Positions 54,480 to 64,000 of a DNA stretch of 64,000 nucleotides are shown piece after piece. The stretch covers positions 2,364-66,363 of the forward strand of contig JAAFKJ010000115.1 in NCBI GenBank assembly GCA_021399395.1. The letters run 5' to 3'. The notes under the pieces are model-generated. The model did not search any database. It had not been told where the DNA came from and worked only from the letters and a program-made list of their open reading frames with translations. The first letter of the stretch is position 1. Each line of letters opens with the position of its first letter. The position numbers and the translations under genes are program-made. This DNA is from Candidatus Heimdallarchaeota archaeon. GTDB lineage: Archaea; Asgardarchaeota; Heimdallarchaeia; Heimdallarchaeales; Heimdallarchaeaceae.

Positions 54480-54821
54480 TTATACTTCAAAAACTTCTTC
54501 GTCACCTGATTCTTCAACAACTGCTACTCTTGTTTTTCTTATTTCGTTTATACTATTGATTAAATCAAATGCTTTATCGTTATTGAAAATATCTTTGAAT
54601 GCTTCCCACTGTTCAAGTGATGTTATAAAGAGACCCTTACCTCTTCTTTTTAGGGGAATGCCTTGTTCGTTAACAGGGATAATTTCTAAACCAAAACTGT
54701 GGTCATCTCCCTTACTTGGCAATTTAACAATTGTAACTCCAACTACACTTGTTTTCTTCTTGTCCCAATCCTTCATTTCTTTACCAAATTCTTTCAATCG
54801 ATCTACTAAACCTGATGTCAT
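54480..54821 (-). CDS. Small protein with a possible PC4/Sub1-like ssDNA-binding fold
   Basis: 'GIPLKRRGKGLFITSLEQWEAFKDIF' resembles human PC4 '[24 protein letters not shown]'. Its composition is protein-like, unlike the mirror ORF on the + strand. Confidence 0.4.
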   Translation of the reverse strand: MTSGLVDRLKEFGKEMKDWDKKKTSVVGVTIVKLPSKGDDHSFGLEIIPVNEQGIPLKRRGKGLFITSLEQWEAFKDIFNNDKAFDLINSINEIRKTRVAVVEESGDEEVFEV

Positions 54822-54946
54822 AAGCTTTCACTGAAGATAAACAGATAATTTAATTTTTAAACCCTCCTCTCTTTGAGGTTCTAATACAAAGATTGCTCAT
54901 CTAGCAAGGAATCCATTTAAAAAATCATTTACTTAAAGTAATTTGA

Positions 54947-56161
54947 ATGAATTACGCAATTAAGAATGGAAAAATTTTTACTGTAGATAAAAATGAGACA
55001 GTAATCGAAAAAGGAACTATACTGATTAAAAATGGAATAATAGATGGTATTGTTGAAGGAGATATTCCAGTTCCTGAGGGATACGAAGTAATTAATGCAG
55101 ACGGAATGTGTGTGTTACCTGGTTTTATTGACACACATACGCACCAAGGACTTTTTGATGGTAGTGTGGGTTGGGCTGGTTTTGATGGAAATGAAATGAC
55201 AGACCCAACAACTGCATATGTGAGAGCTTTAGATGCAATTAATCCCGAAGATCCAGGACTTGAAGAAGCTCGAGTTGGTGGAGTTACAACTATTCAAACA
55301 GGTCCAGGAAGTGGCAATGTAATAGGTGGGACTGATACAATAATTAAAACATTCAGCAAAAATAAGATCTTGGATGAAATGATTGTTAAAACGCCTTCTT
55401 CGATGAAAGCTGCTTTAGGGGAAAATCCAAAACGTGTTTATGGAACTGATAAAAAACAGCCTTCAACACGTATGGGTACCGCAGCTATATTCCGAAAGGC
55501 GTTTGTAGATGCTCAAAATTATGTAGATAAATGGAAAGAGTATGAGAAAAAGAAAAAACAAGCTGAAGACAAAAAAGAATTAGATAAGGTACCTTCTAAA
55601 CCTGAGAGAGATTTAGGAAAGGAAGCATTAGTAAAAGTGTTAAACAAAGAGATTCCTTTAAATTTCCACTGTCATCAAGCTAATGATATTCAAACAGCTA
55701 TTCGATTATCAGAGGAATTTGATATTGACCTGATGCTTATACACGCAACTGAAGGACACAAAATTGCTGATTATATAGCTAAGAAAGGTGTTGGTGTATC
55801 TGTAGGTCCTTCACTAGTCGGTTTCGAGAAAGTAGAGCTTCGAAATATATCTTTTGAAACCCCTGCAATTCTTTGGAAAGCTGGTGTTAAGATTTCAATA
55901 CAAAGTGACTCTTTTACCAGATTAAAGCACTTCCAAGTTTTGCCATGTATGGCCATTAAGTATGGTCTTCCAATTAATGAAGCACTTAAAGCTGTTACAA
56001 TTAATGCTGCTGAAATGATTGGTATAAGTGATCGTTTGGGAAGTCTTGAAAAAGGCAAAGATGCAGATTTAGTGATTTGGTCAAAACACCCACTAGAAGA
56101 CTTCTATGCAGAAAATCAAGTTACTTTCATAAATGGTGAAATAGCATATAAGAAAGAATAA
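54947..56161 (+). CDS. Amidohydrolase-superfamily metallo-hydrolase
   Basis: 'LPGFIDTHTH' with downstream H and D ligands ('IHATEGH', 'KGKDADLVIW'). Confidence 0.8.
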   Translation: MNYAIKNGKIFTVDKNETVIEKGTILIKNGIIDGIVEGDIPVPEGYEVINADGMCVLPGFIDTHTHQGLFDGSVGWAGFDGNEMTDPTTAYVRALDAINPEDPGLEEARVGGVTTIQTGPGSGNVIGGTDTIIKTFSKNKILDEMIVKTPSSMKAALGENPKRVYGTDKKQPSTRMGTAAIFRKAFVDAQNYVDKWKEYEKKKKQAEDKKELDKVPSKPERDLGKEALVKVLNKEIPLNFHCHQANDIQTAIRLSEEFDIDLMLIHATEGHKIADYIAKKGVGVSVGPSLVGFEKVELRNISFETPAILWKAGVKISIQSDSFTRLKHFQVLPCMAIKYGLPINEALKAVTINAAEMIGISDRLGSLEKGKDADLVIWSKHPLEDFYAENQVTFINGEIAYKKE

Positions 56162-56176
56162 TATTCTTTCTCTTTT

Positions 56177-56515
56177 TCATACTTTCTCGTAATAACCTGG
56201 AGGTCTGTGCTCTCCAAAAAATTCTAGCCCTTTTTCTTGTAATTGTTTTCGCAATTGTTTTGCATGATTTTCTGAAATATCCCCTTTTAGAAGCATATAG
56301 GTTATAATCTCTAATGCTTCTTCCACAGTAGAACAGCGACAAATAAAATCGATTACGCCTGGAGTATAGCCTAGGAACTTCCTTACTTTCTTTGATCCAG
56401 TTGAAGTTCTAATCTCCTCTTCCATAAAATTCTCTTTCCCTTCAGTAATCTCCTTGAAAAGAACTGGAAAATGATTCTGGAACTCTTCTTCCTCGCCTTC
56501 ACTCTCCTGGGACAT
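56177..56515 (-). CDS. Conserved hypothetical small protein
   Basis: An acidic N-terminus followed by a helical C-terminal domain. No motif recognised. Confidence 0.45.
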   Translation of the reverse strand: MSQESEGEEEEFQNHFPVLFKEITEGKENFMEEEIRTSTGSKKVRKFLGYTPGVIDFICRCSTVEEALEIITYMLLKGDISENHAKQLRKQLQEKGLEFFGEHRPPGYYEKV

Positions 56516-56631
56516 ATACAAAATTACTATTGTGCACTAAAAAAGATTGAGATTAGGTATCAAATTGCCGATATTTGTAAGAATCACTTTTATACAAAAA
56601 GTCTTTATCTTTGGATGATTCTTGACTAGTA

Positions 56632-57831
56632 ATGTTAGTTGGAATCGTTGGTAAACCTAGTTGTGGCAAAAGTACTTTCCTCAATGCTCTTACTATGGTA
56701 AATGCGAAAGTTGGAGATTATCCGTTTACAACTGTAGATCCAAACAGAGGAACTGCATATGTGCAGAGTACATGTGTTTGTAAGGAATTGGAAGTTCAAG
56801 ACAATCCAAAGAATTCTATCTGCACAGATGGAATAAGATACCTCCCCATTCAAATTCTAGATGTAGCTGGTTTGGTTCCTGGCGCTTCAGAAGGAAGAGG
56901 ATTAGGAAATAAGTTTCTTGATGATTTAAGACAAGCTGATGTTTTGATTCATGTAGTGGATGCGAGTGGTTCTCTTGATGCTGAGGGAAATAAAATTAAT
57001 AAGGGTAGTTGGGATCCTTTAAAGGATGTAAGTTTTCTCGAAGAGGAAATAGATGCTTGGATAAAATCAATCATTATGAGAGATTATGAAGTGATGAGGA
57101 AGAAAGCAGCAGCCGAAAAACTCCGTTTTTCCATCCTATTACATGAGAAATTAACAGGTTTAGCTATCAAGAAACATCATATCGATGCATCGATTCGGGA
57201 AGTAGGTATTGTTGACAATGATGTTAACACTTGGGACGAGAACCTCGATACTCTCATAACTACTATTCGAAGAAAATCCAAACCAATAGTTGTTGTAGCT
57301 AACAAAATTGATCAGCCAACCTCCGCAGATAATTTCAGTAGAATGCAAAATGAACTAGATGCTAAAGTATTTCCTGTTTCAGCGTTAGCAGAAGTGTTTT
57401 TGAGAACTGAACACGAAGATAAAACTATCAGCTATAAACAGGGCGAAGCTGAATTTACTATGATCGATGAAGAAAAATTAGGCGATAGTAAGAAACAACT
57501 TTTAACAAAAATACAATCAGACTTACTGGAAAAATATGGTTCAACAGGAGTTCATGATGTTCTAACTAATGTGGTGTTTGATTTGCTAAATATGATTGTA
57601 GTCTATCCAGTGGAAGATGTCTCCAAATTTTCAGATAAATCAGGTAATGTTCTGCCAGATGCTTACCTAGTTCCAAAAGGAACAACTGCTATTGAATTGG
57701 CAGGAAAGGTCCATTCAGATTTTGCAGAAAATTTCATACATGGGAGTTTAGCTCCTTCAGGAAGACGTGTAGGTACCGACTATGAACTTAGAAACAATGA
57801 AGTGATAAAAATAGTGTCTGCAGTAAAATAA
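56632..57831 (+). CDS. Obg-family (YchF/OLA1-DRG-like) GTPase with a C-terminal TGS domain
   Basis: G1 'GKPSCGKST', G3 'DVAGLV', G4 'NKID' and a TGS-like C-terminus. Confidence 0.85.
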   Translation: MLVGIVGKPSCGKSTFLNALTMVNAKVGDYPFTTVDPNRGTAYVQSTCVCKELEVQDNPKNSICTDGIRYLPIQILDVAGLVPGASEGRGLGNKFLDDLRQADVLIHVVDASGSLDAEGNKINKGSWDPLKDVSFLEEEIDAWIKSIIMRDYEVMRKKAAAEKLRFSILLHEKLTGLAIKKHHIDASIREVGIVDNDVNTWDENLDTLITTIRRKSKPIVVVANKIDQPTSADNFSRMQNELDAKVFPVSALAEVFLRTEHEDKTISYKQGEAEFTMIDEEKLGDSKKQLLTKIQSDLLEKYGSTGVHDVLTNVVFDLLNMIVVYPVEDVSKFSDKSGNVLPDAYLVPKGTTAIELAGKVHSDFAENFIHGSLAPSGRRVGTDYELRNNEVIKIVSAVK

Positions 57832-57875
57832 TCTTCTGCAGATTTGTGAAGAAATTTTATCCTAAAGATATTGAT

Positions 57876-58526
57876 TTAGGTTGCAGCTGTTGCTGCTGCA
57901 ACTGATTCAACTTTTGTTTCTGGTAATACCAAAACTTTGCTTTTTCTAACATCCACTAATATTACTGGAAATATTTTTGTTACCTCTATCTTTAAAGCAG
58001 AAGCAATCTCTCCATTTACCATATTTTTGGAGAACTCAACAAAAGATTGTTCTCTAGCATTGGCTCTAAGAATATCTACCATTGCTTTTCTAACGACTTT
58101 TTGAGTACTAGCTCCACATCGCATAGGTGTGATAACAATAGATGATACCCTTAATCTTGCTCTATCTTTAGTCATAATATTTTGAATTGCTTCGATTTTT
58201 GAACGGTTTCTTCGTATTTGGGATCTGATTTGTTCTTTAGCGATTTCATGACCATCAAATTCGGTTCTACAAATGTTTCCTTCAACACTAGTAATTCGAA
58301 ATCGTATCTTTAGATTAATGTCATAGAACATATCATTAGCAACTCCAAGTCTAGCCATCTCTATAACTCTCCCAATTAGTTTTTCTGGATCGCTTGCAGG
58401 AGTCTCACCTAAGGATTTCTCCACGATGTAATTTGCTGCATTTACTTCATACCAAGATTTCTCTTTCCATTTATCTACAATTTTTGTTTTTCCTTTTGAT
58501 TTTCTGGTTGGTCTACGTTCTGACAA
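57876..58526 (-). CDS. rps3ae: Ribosomal protein S3Ae (eS1)
   Basis: 'KDKWKEKSWYEV...ETPASDPEKLIGRVIE' matches eS1. The N-terminus is uncertain. I prefer the TTG at 58526 (MSERRPTRKSKGK) over the hydrophobic 32-codon extension to 58622. Confidence 0.8.
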   Translation of the reverse strand: MSERRPTRKSKGKTKIVDKWKEKSWYEVNAANYIVEKSLGETPASDPEKLIGRVIEMARLGVANDMFYDINLKIRFRITSVEGNICRTEFDGHEIAKEQIRSQIRRNRSKIEAIQNIMTKDRARLRVSSIVITPMRCGASTQKVVRKAMVDILRANAREQSFVEFSKNMVNGEIASALKIEVTKIFPVILVDVRKSKVLVLPETKVESVAAATAAT

Positions 58527-58618
58527 AGGTTTAACCTCAACTATGTTGTTTTCCTTCTTCTTTAATCGAGTTTTAAATATTATGTTTAGATAGAAACTAG
58601 AAAATGAACTGTTTAATA

Positions 58619-58885
58619 TCAATTCTTCTTTCTTTTTACAGTTATGTAAATATTTTCGCTAGTACTGATAGTGTTGAAAATATCATCAATTGTATTTCTA
58701 ATAGTAGATAATGAAGAAAGAGAAGAAAATTTTATGAGCAATTTTTGATTCTCTAGTGTCATTTCAATTTTACTCTTTTCATCAATTTGTTTATTTTCAG
58801 GTTCTAATGATTTTAAAATGACTTCTGCAAAATGTACATCTAAGAAATCTAAGGAGATTGTTATTATTGTTTCTTCAGATGACAT
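58619..58885 (-). CDS. Possible KEOPS subunit Pcc1-like protein
   Basis: About 88 aa. 'ISLDFLDVHFAEVILKSLEPE' resembles the Pcc1 N-terminal strand-helix and its L-x-P-E motif. The assignment is tentative. Confidence 0.4.
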   Translation of the reverse strand: MSSEETIITISLDFLDVHFAEVILKSLEPENKQIDEKSKIEMTLENQKLLIKFSSLSSLSTIRNTIDDIFNTISTSENIYITVKRKKN

Positions 58886-58894
58886 ATTACACAC

Positions 58895-60349
58895 CTAATT
58901 TTTATCTGAATCTTTACCTTTGTGATGATAAGCTAACGCGTTTTCTAGTTCCTTAAGAACTAATTCCATTTCTTCTTCTTTAATAGTTGTGTAAAAGAAA
59001 TCAATATCACCTCTAATTGTTGATTCTTTAATAACTCCTTTATTTCTTAAATCTTGAAAAATCTGAAATGACAAATATCCTTTTTTCATGTGAGAAGGTG
59101 AATCATGAACAAATAGATAGTTAGCAGAATTCTCCTTGATATGTAAAATTAGAGGTTTCTCGATAGGAATTATGTTGCTATCTACTAGGGCCTTTATTAC
59201 AAGTGGGGCAGATTCAAGTTCAAAGAAATCTTGATTCCGCATCAAGCGATAGTATTGTAGGTCTTCAGTAATTTCTGGATTTTTAATAATTTCTTCAATA
59301 ATTGTTGTTGCTTTACCATGATAATTACTTAACTCTCTTATCAGTTTATCAAATAAATTCTCTCTGTCACCAAGAACAATTGCAAGTGCTAAACCATATT
59401 TCTGTAATTGTATGGCACCATCAAGAAGCCACAGATATTCTTCAATATTGCGAGTTTGATCCTTTATTGTTTCAGTTTCTAAGATATAAATGGGTCCTCT
59501 TAAATTGGAAATATCTCCCATTAAAAGAGAAACCAACCCATCGTTCAATTTTATAGTTTCTTCAGATGTTAAGGCGGAAATTGTTCTATAATTTCCATCT
59601 TGATCTTTCATTGCAATTCCTAGTTTTGAAACAAAGGATGTACATGCACTTTCATTACCAGTTAAACCTGGAAAGAATGGATTGTTTGAGTATTTCAAAG
59701 CTAAGTGAATAGGTTGGCTTTCTCTACCTGGAATTCTTGTACCTGTTGTTTCTCTTAGAACTTTGTTTTCTTTACCTTCTTCTAGAATTAATAAATTTAT
59801 TCCAACTAATTTCTGATTTTTTTGATTTATCTGTTTCTTTGATAAGCCTCCCAAAATAGCTAATCCAGCATATTTGTAATAGTCATCATCTAAACCACTA
59901 GCTATGAGGTATGCTATCCCTGAATTTGATAGTAAGTTACCTGCTAATTCAAAAGATTTTAGAGATAAAATCTGAATGTTTTCCCAAGGAATCTTTATTC
60001 GCTTATCAATCGTAAAACTATGTTCAATTAAGACAATATTCTTATTTTCATCTTTCAATAGTTTGTTTGGTAATTCTTTAGCTTCGAAACCTATGAAGAC
60101 ATATATTGAGTAATTTGTTTTCTTAACCCTGTCCTCAATATTCTCAAAGTTACTAATTATGATTGTATGGCTTCCAGTTTCAAGTTTTCTTAAACAAGAG
60201 ATTATGATTCCTGATGCACTTATGTTGTCTGGATGTGCTTTGGCTATAATTGCAACAGTTTTTTCATTTTTCTTCAGAAATTCTGCAACTTTAACAGATT
60301 CTTCCTTAAGTTTTGAGTAATTCTCGAATGAAAATTCTTCTTTTGACAT
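58895..60349 (-). CDS. RecJ/Cdc45-like DHH-superfamily protein, with catalytic motifs apparently degenerate
   Basis: 'VAIIAKAHPDNISASG' (motif I-like, second Asp missing) and 'VLIEHS' in the position of DHH. It sits next to the S15 gene, as in many archaea. Confidence 0.55.
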   Translation of the reverse strand: MSKEEFSFENYSKLKEESVKVAEFLKKNEKTVAIIAKAHPDNISASGIIISCLRKLETGSHTIIISNFENIEDRVKKTNYSIYVFIGFEAKELPNKLLKDENKNIVLIEHSFTIDKRIKIPWENIQILSLKSFELAGNLLSNSGIAYLIASGLDDDYYKYAGLAILGGLSKKQINQKNQKLVGINLLILEEGKENKVLRETTGTRIPGRESQPIHLALKYSNNPFFPGLTGNESACTSFVSKLGIAMKDQDGNYRTISALTSEETIKLNDGLVSLLMGDISNLRGPIYILETETIKDQTRNIEEYLWLLDGAIQLQKYGLALAIVLGDRENLFDKLIRELSNYHGKATTIIEEIIKNPEITEDLQYYRLMRNQDFFELESAPLVIKALVDSNIIPIEKPLILHIKENSANYLFVHDSPSHMKKGYLSFQIFQDLRNKGVIKESTIRGDIDFFYTTIKEEEMELVLKELENALAYHHKGKDSDKN

Positions 60350-60406
60350 TGGATTCTCACTATTCTAAATATAAAAAGAAATGAAAAAATAAAAGAATAT
60401 CGTATC

Positions 60407-60859
60407 TTATAGGAGAAGACCAGCTGTTTTTGGATCATATTTCCAGTTTTTCTCAAAGACACCTTTCTTTTTGTAATACTTGACTAAACGTCTAATTTTA
60501 GACTCCATTAATTGTAAACCTCGTTTACTGTGAAGATCTTTTCTGTTATCCTCTAGATGTTTTCTAAGATTAGAAGCTCTTTTAACCAGATTAACCAAAT
60601 CTTCTGGGTATTTAGGATTTAAATCTAATTCTTCTACTATTTGAGAAACCTTAACTCCTAAAGTTTCTTTTACACTTGGAATACCATATTGATCACGTAG
60701 GATAACTCCAATCATAGCAGTGGACTGACCTTGTCTTCTCAGTTCTTCTATTTTTTTAGTTACAAACTTCTTATCGTGAACCATCCATTCTGGAGGTTGT
60801 GTCCTATAAGGTCTAGTTGAACTAGCTTGACCTCTTCTTCTTGCATGAATTCTTGCCAT
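60407..60859 (-). CDS. rps15: Ribosomal protein S15 (uS15/S13e)
   Basis: 'MARIHARRRGQASSTRP', 'LRDQYGIPSVK' and 'PEDLVNLVKRASNLRKHLEDNRKD'. Confidence 0.9.
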   Translation of the reverse strand: MARIHARRRGQASSTRPYRTQPPEWMVHDKKFVTKKIEELRRQGQSTAMIGVILRDQYGIPSVKETLGVKVSQIVEELDLNPKYPEDLVNLVKRASNLRKHLEDNRKDLHSKRGLQLMESKIRRLVKYYKKKGVFEKNWKYDPKTAGLLL

Positions 60860-60880
60860 TTGTTTCACCAATTTGATATT

Positions 60881-61441
60881 TTAAACAGTTAACGAGGTGA
60901 ATAATTCTCGAAGTGACTTTTGACGATGAGAATATAAATTCTTGGTTGTTAGCGTCATTTCTGCGAAGGTTTGGTCACATTTATCTGGTTTAAAAATAGG
61001 ATCAAAACCAAACCCTCCTTGACCTTGCTTTGATAAAGTAATCTCCCCCTTAGTTATCCCCTTGTATAATTTTATCTCTTCATTTGAATAAAAAGCTACG
61101 ATTGATTTGAAAAATGCACTTCGAGTTTCTTTTTCCTCCATGAGTTTTAAAATTCCTTCATTTCCTAGTGTTTTGTAAACATAAGAAGAGTAAGGTCCGG
61201 GAAAACCATTTAACGAATCAATAAATAACCCAGCATCTTCAAGGAAAAAAACAAAATCAGATAATTCTGAATGCTTTTCTAAAATTCTCTCACAGCTCTT
61301 TTTTGCAATAATCTCTAAGGTGTCTTCCTGAGGTTCTTCATATTCAATGTTCTTCCATTGAATTGCCATTTTAAGACTCTCAGCTAATTCTAAGGCTTCC
61401 TCAAATTTAGAAGGATTGTGAGTAATAAAGTATATTTCCAT
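60881..61441 (-). CDS. Non-canonical purine NTP pyrophosphatase (HAM1/RdgB)
   Basis: 'ITHNPSKFEE', 'FPGPYS' and 'GFGFDPIF'. Confidence 0.85.
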   Translation of the reverse strand: MEIYFITHNPSKFEEALELAESLKMAIQWKNIEYEEPQEDTLEIIAKKSCERILEKHSELSDFVFFLEDAGLFIDSLNGFPGPYSSYVYKTLGNEGILKLMEEKETRSAFFKSIVAFYSNEEIKLYKGITKGEITLSKQGQGGFGFDPIFKPDKCDQTFAEMTLTTKNLYSHRQKSLRELFTSLTV

Positions 61442-61593
61442 TGATTTTAATTTCGCTGATGTTTATTAGTCTCTTTCGGTCAGAAGCCTTTTCCTTCATT
61501 TATATAATGAAAGAGTTTAAATGTATTTAGTACATTATTTTAATAATTACACTATGATATTACTTCATTCAACATATAATCCGGTGAAAAAAA

Positions 61594-62001
61594 ATGGAAG
61601 AATTAACTTACTCATCAATCTACAACTCAACTGATGGCATAAGAATTGAAGATCAAATAAAAACTGCTCTCGCTGAGATAACAAAATCTAGTAATATTCT
61701 TAGTATTTACTCCATGAATGCTCGAGCAATCTATTTCTTTCCTGTAGTTTCTGATGTCTACCAGCTGAGTATACAAATTTATCCCTTAACACCAGAAATA
61801 GTTGCAAAAATAATGACCAAGGTTTCTGAATTTTCAACTAAGGTTATTTACAGTACTGGATTATGTTTAGTTGAGAATAGGTGCTTCTGGGAAGGATTCC
61901 TACAAGAAAAAGATTTAACTAAAGATATTGAAGAAATTCAAGAAATTTTAGAATCAATTGCAGAAGTAAAAGGAATTACAATAGAAAAAGTGTCGAAGTA
62001 A
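61594..62001 (+). CDS. Hypothetical 135-aa protein
   Basis: Clean ATG ORF in an otherwise non-coding gap, with protein-like composition. No motif assigned. Confidence 0.4.
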   Translation: MEELTYSSIYNSTDGIRIEDQIKTALAEITKSSNILSIYSMNARAIYFFPVVSDVYQLSIQIYPLTPEIVAKIMTKVSEFSTKVIYSTGLCLVENRCFWEGFLQEKDLTKDIEEIQEILESIAEVKGITIEKVSK

Positions 62002-62002
62002 G

Positions 62003-62950
62003 TTAGTTTAAACTAACTTTTAGATTCAAAACCCGAATGAACTCTTTATACCTGTTTCTTAAAGTAACTTCAGTAATCTGGCAAATTCTAGCTATTTCAT
62101 TTTGAGGACATTTTGTCTTGTTCTGTAGAGCAGCTATATACAATGCAGCGGCTGCTAAAGAATTGGGATTCTTGCCTACTGTTATTTTTGCTGCTTTAGC
62201 TTGAGAAAGAATGAATTGAGCGTCATTCAGTATTTTTGGTTGAAAATTCAGTAAAGATGCGAATTTTGCAATACTACTCTCTGGACTTGCCAAAGGCATT
62301 TTCAGATCAAGATGCTTAAGAAGCAATCTAAAATTCTTAGCTAATTTCTTTTTACTAAGACGTGTTTTATCTGCAACATCTTCCAGAGTAGCAGGTTGTT
62401 TGTGCAATCTGCAAGAAAGATATAATGCGGCTGAAACAAGTGCTTCTGTAGATCTCCCACGAACCAACCCAGTTTTTAGTATCTTCCTGTAAATCATTGC
62501 AGCTGTTTCTCGAACTTTTATTGTTAAATTAAGCTGACTACTTATTCTCTTAATTTCGTTTAAGGCTCTAAGGAGATTTCTTTCTGTTCCATACTGTAAA
62601 ACTGCTCTTCTTTGTAATGTTCTCAGTCTGAACATTTGGCTAGCTTTTTCAGGAGACAAAGAGTTCCCAAATATGTCTTTATTTGAGTAATCAATTAACG
62701 TTCCATAATGATCATATGTTAGAAGATTTTTTGGTGTTCCAGTTCTTGCTCGTTTAACATGTTGCTCTTTTGAATATGCTCTCCACTCTGCTGTTTGATC
62801 AATATATGAATCTTCTACTACTAATCCACAGTTGCCACAACTTACCTCTCCTCTTGTTGAATCGAAAGTTAATTTTGTAGAATTGCAGTCAGGACACCTT
62901 GGAAGAGAAGTTTCAGAACTTGTGGTAATATTGATTGGTTGTGGAGGCAT
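62003..62950 (-). CDS. tfb: Transcription initiation factor TFB
   Basis: N-terminal zinc ribbon 'CPDCNS...CGNCG', a B-reader/linker and two cyclin-fold repeats. Confidence 0.95.
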   Translation of the reverse strand: MPPQPINITTSSETSLPRCPDCNSTKLTFDSTRGEVSCGNCGLVVEDSYIDQTAEWRAYSKEQHVKRARTGTPKNLLTYDHYGTLIDYSNKDIFGNSLSPEKASQMFRLRTLQRRAVLQYGTERNLLRALNEIKRISSQLNLTIKVRETAAMIYRKILKTGLVRGRSTEALVSAALYLSCRLHKQPATLEDVADKTRLSKKKLAKNFRLLLKHLDLKMPLASPESSIAKFASLLNFQPKILNDAQFILSQAKAAKITVGKNPNSLAAAALYIAALQNKTKCPQNEIARICQITEVTLRNRYKEFIRVLNLKVSLN

Positions 62951-62991
62951 AACAGCACCTTACTTGGTTAAGGTATATTTTATCTATTGAG

Positions 62992-63002
62992 TATTTAAAT
63001 TT
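62992..63002 (-). promoter_or_regulatory. Candidate TATA box for tfb
   Basis: On the minus strand, 'aaatttaaata' lies ~45 nt upstream of the tfb ATG. An 'aggtg' SD-like element sits just before the start. Confidence 0.3.
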
Positions 63003-63133
63003 GGCTGAATAATCCTACTCATAATTTGGTAACAAAATCGACTGAAATTTCTAATAATTTAGCAAAAATCTTAGTATTTTTCAGCTAATTTAATTTAGTT
63101 AAAGATAAAAACTGTTAAAAACAAAACATTTGG

Positions 63134-63143
63134 CTATAAATTA
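63134..63143 (+). promoter_or_regulatory. Candidate TATA box for rps6e
   Basis: 'ctataaatta' lies ~45 nt upstream of the ATG at 63185. A 'ggag' element sits 7 nt upstream of the start. Confidence 0.3.
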
Positions 63144-63184
63144 ACAAGTGAATTTACAGAACCTTATATCATGGAGTGTAAAAA

Positions 63185-63592
63185 ATGTCACAAAAATCAG
63201 GACAACTCGAATTTAAACTAAATATCGGTGACAAAACAGGTAAATGTCACACAAAAATAATCAGGGATGCTCAAGCAAACTCTATTATTGGGTTGAAACT
63301 TGGGAGCAAAGTGGATGGTAATTCAATTGGCTTACCCACTTGGGAATTTATCATTACAGGTGGTAGTGACAAAGATGGTTTCCCACACAGATCTAACATA
63401 CAGGGTTCTGGCAGAAGAAAATACCTACTTAAAGGTGGGGTTGGTTATAAGGTTCCCAGAAAAGGTAGGCGTGAAAAGAAATCTGTTAGGGGAAACATTA
63501 TCTCTGAAAGCTCTTATCAGATTAACATGAAAATTTCAAAAGTAGGTAGTAAAAACCTAGAAGAACTTGTTGCTGAAGTTAGTTCAAGCTAA
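63185..63592 (+). CDS. rps6e: Ribosomal protein S6e
   Basis: 'ITGGSDKDGFPHR', 'GRREKKSVRGN' and 'QINMKI' match eS6. Confidence 0.9.
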   Translation: MSQKSGQLEFKLNIGDKTGKCHTKIIRDAQANSIIGLKLGSKVDGNSIGLPTWEFIITGGSDKDGFPHRSNIQGSGRRKYLLKGGVGYKVPRKGRREKKSVRGNIISESSYQINMKISKVGSKNLEELVAEVSSS

Positions 63593-63625
63593 ATTAAAAT
63601 AGAATAGTGGGAATAAATCCCAATA

Positions 63626-64000
63626 TTAATCCTTTTTCTTACTCTTTTCTTTTCCCTTGCGCTTGTCTTTCTCTTTTGCTTCATCTTCTTCACCAGGTTC
63701 AGTTAGGAAGATATAGATAGTTGAAAGGAAAATTACACCTATGAGAATTCCAAATATAGTCCATTGCATTGCTGTATTATAATTTGGAACTCCTCCCACT
63801 CCTTTGGGTCGGATTACAGTTATCATCCATGTTGATAGAATTGAAATGACAACAGGCACAATAAAGGATCCCCAGGAGGGTAGATTTGCACGGATCTCAC
63901 TTAATGTAGCAAGAGCAATAAGTAAGAAGAAATAGAATATCGATACAAGAAAAGCAGTAAGTATTGTTAATCCTGCATTATAAGTTGCAATAAAGTCTTC
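63626..64000 (-). CDS. Multi-pass membrane protein with a lysine-rich C-terminal tail (5' end outside the window)
   Basis: Hand translation shows the frame stays open from 63859 up to base 64000 (...EDFIATYNAGLTILTAFLVSIFYFFLLIALATL...). So the track's GTG start is internal. At least 3 TM helices. Confidence 0.5.
   Translation of the reverse strand, partial: EDFIATYNAGLTILTAFLVSIFYFFLLIALATLSEIRANLPSWGSFIVPVVISILSTWMITVIRPKGVGGVPNYNTAMQWTIFGILIGVIFLSTIYIFLTEPGEEDEAKEKDKRKGKEKSKKKD

Noticed and set aside
54475-54834. 119-aa plus-strand ORF mirroring the 113-aa minus-strand ORF
   Set aside because: The plus-strand translation is S/L/T/P-rich with almost no charged residues. The minus-strand product has balanced composition and a PC4-like motif, so only the minus-strand gene was kept.
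61594-62001. Assignment of the 135-aa protein to a V4R/longin/ACT-type small-molecule or trafficking domain
   Set aside because: 'RCFWEGFLQ' vaguely recalls the V4R C-x-x-x-x-G motif, but the spacing does not match and I cannot establish any other family feature by eye. It is left as hypothetical.

Overview
This is an AT-rich, gene-dense archaeal chromosome segment with about 70 protein-coding genes. I saw no rRNA, tRNA, CRISPR array, transposase or integrase by eye. The core is unmistakably archaeal. It includes TFB, aIF2-gamma, the Rpo7(RpoE')-Spt4-DUF359-S24e-S27ae operon, ribosomal proteins S3Ae, S6e and S15, RadA, a family-B DNA polymerase, TyrRS, EndoIII, EndoV and HAM1. Metabolic blocks are a preQ0/archaeosine precursor cluster (queC-queD-x-folE2-queE) and a long minus-strand operon. 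That operon joins an isocitrate/isopropylmalate-type dehydrogenase, two LeuCD-type aconitase-family dehydratases and a two-subunit ATP-citrate-lyase-like enzyme. Many eukaryote-signature-type proteins are interspersed. These are two Rab/Ras-like small GTPases, a Roadblock/LC7 protein, a UBC/E2 fold, a protein with a Vps28-C-terminal-like tail and a gelsolin-like domain protein. There is also a Krueppel-like C2H2 zinc finger and a possible PC4/Sub1-like protein. Together these point to an Asgard (Loki-like) archaeon. The two most interesting loci are (a) 14.6-16.9 kb and (b) 44.0-46.8 kb. Locus (a) has an E2 and a micro-ORF divergent from a Vps28-like protein and a zinc-ribbon protein. Locus (b) has Roadblock, a P-loop-dead KaiC/RecA-like protein and a coiled-coil wHTH protein, convergent with a Rab-like GTPase. 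All family assignments rest on motif reading and recalled consensus or reference sequences. None has been confirmed by a search.
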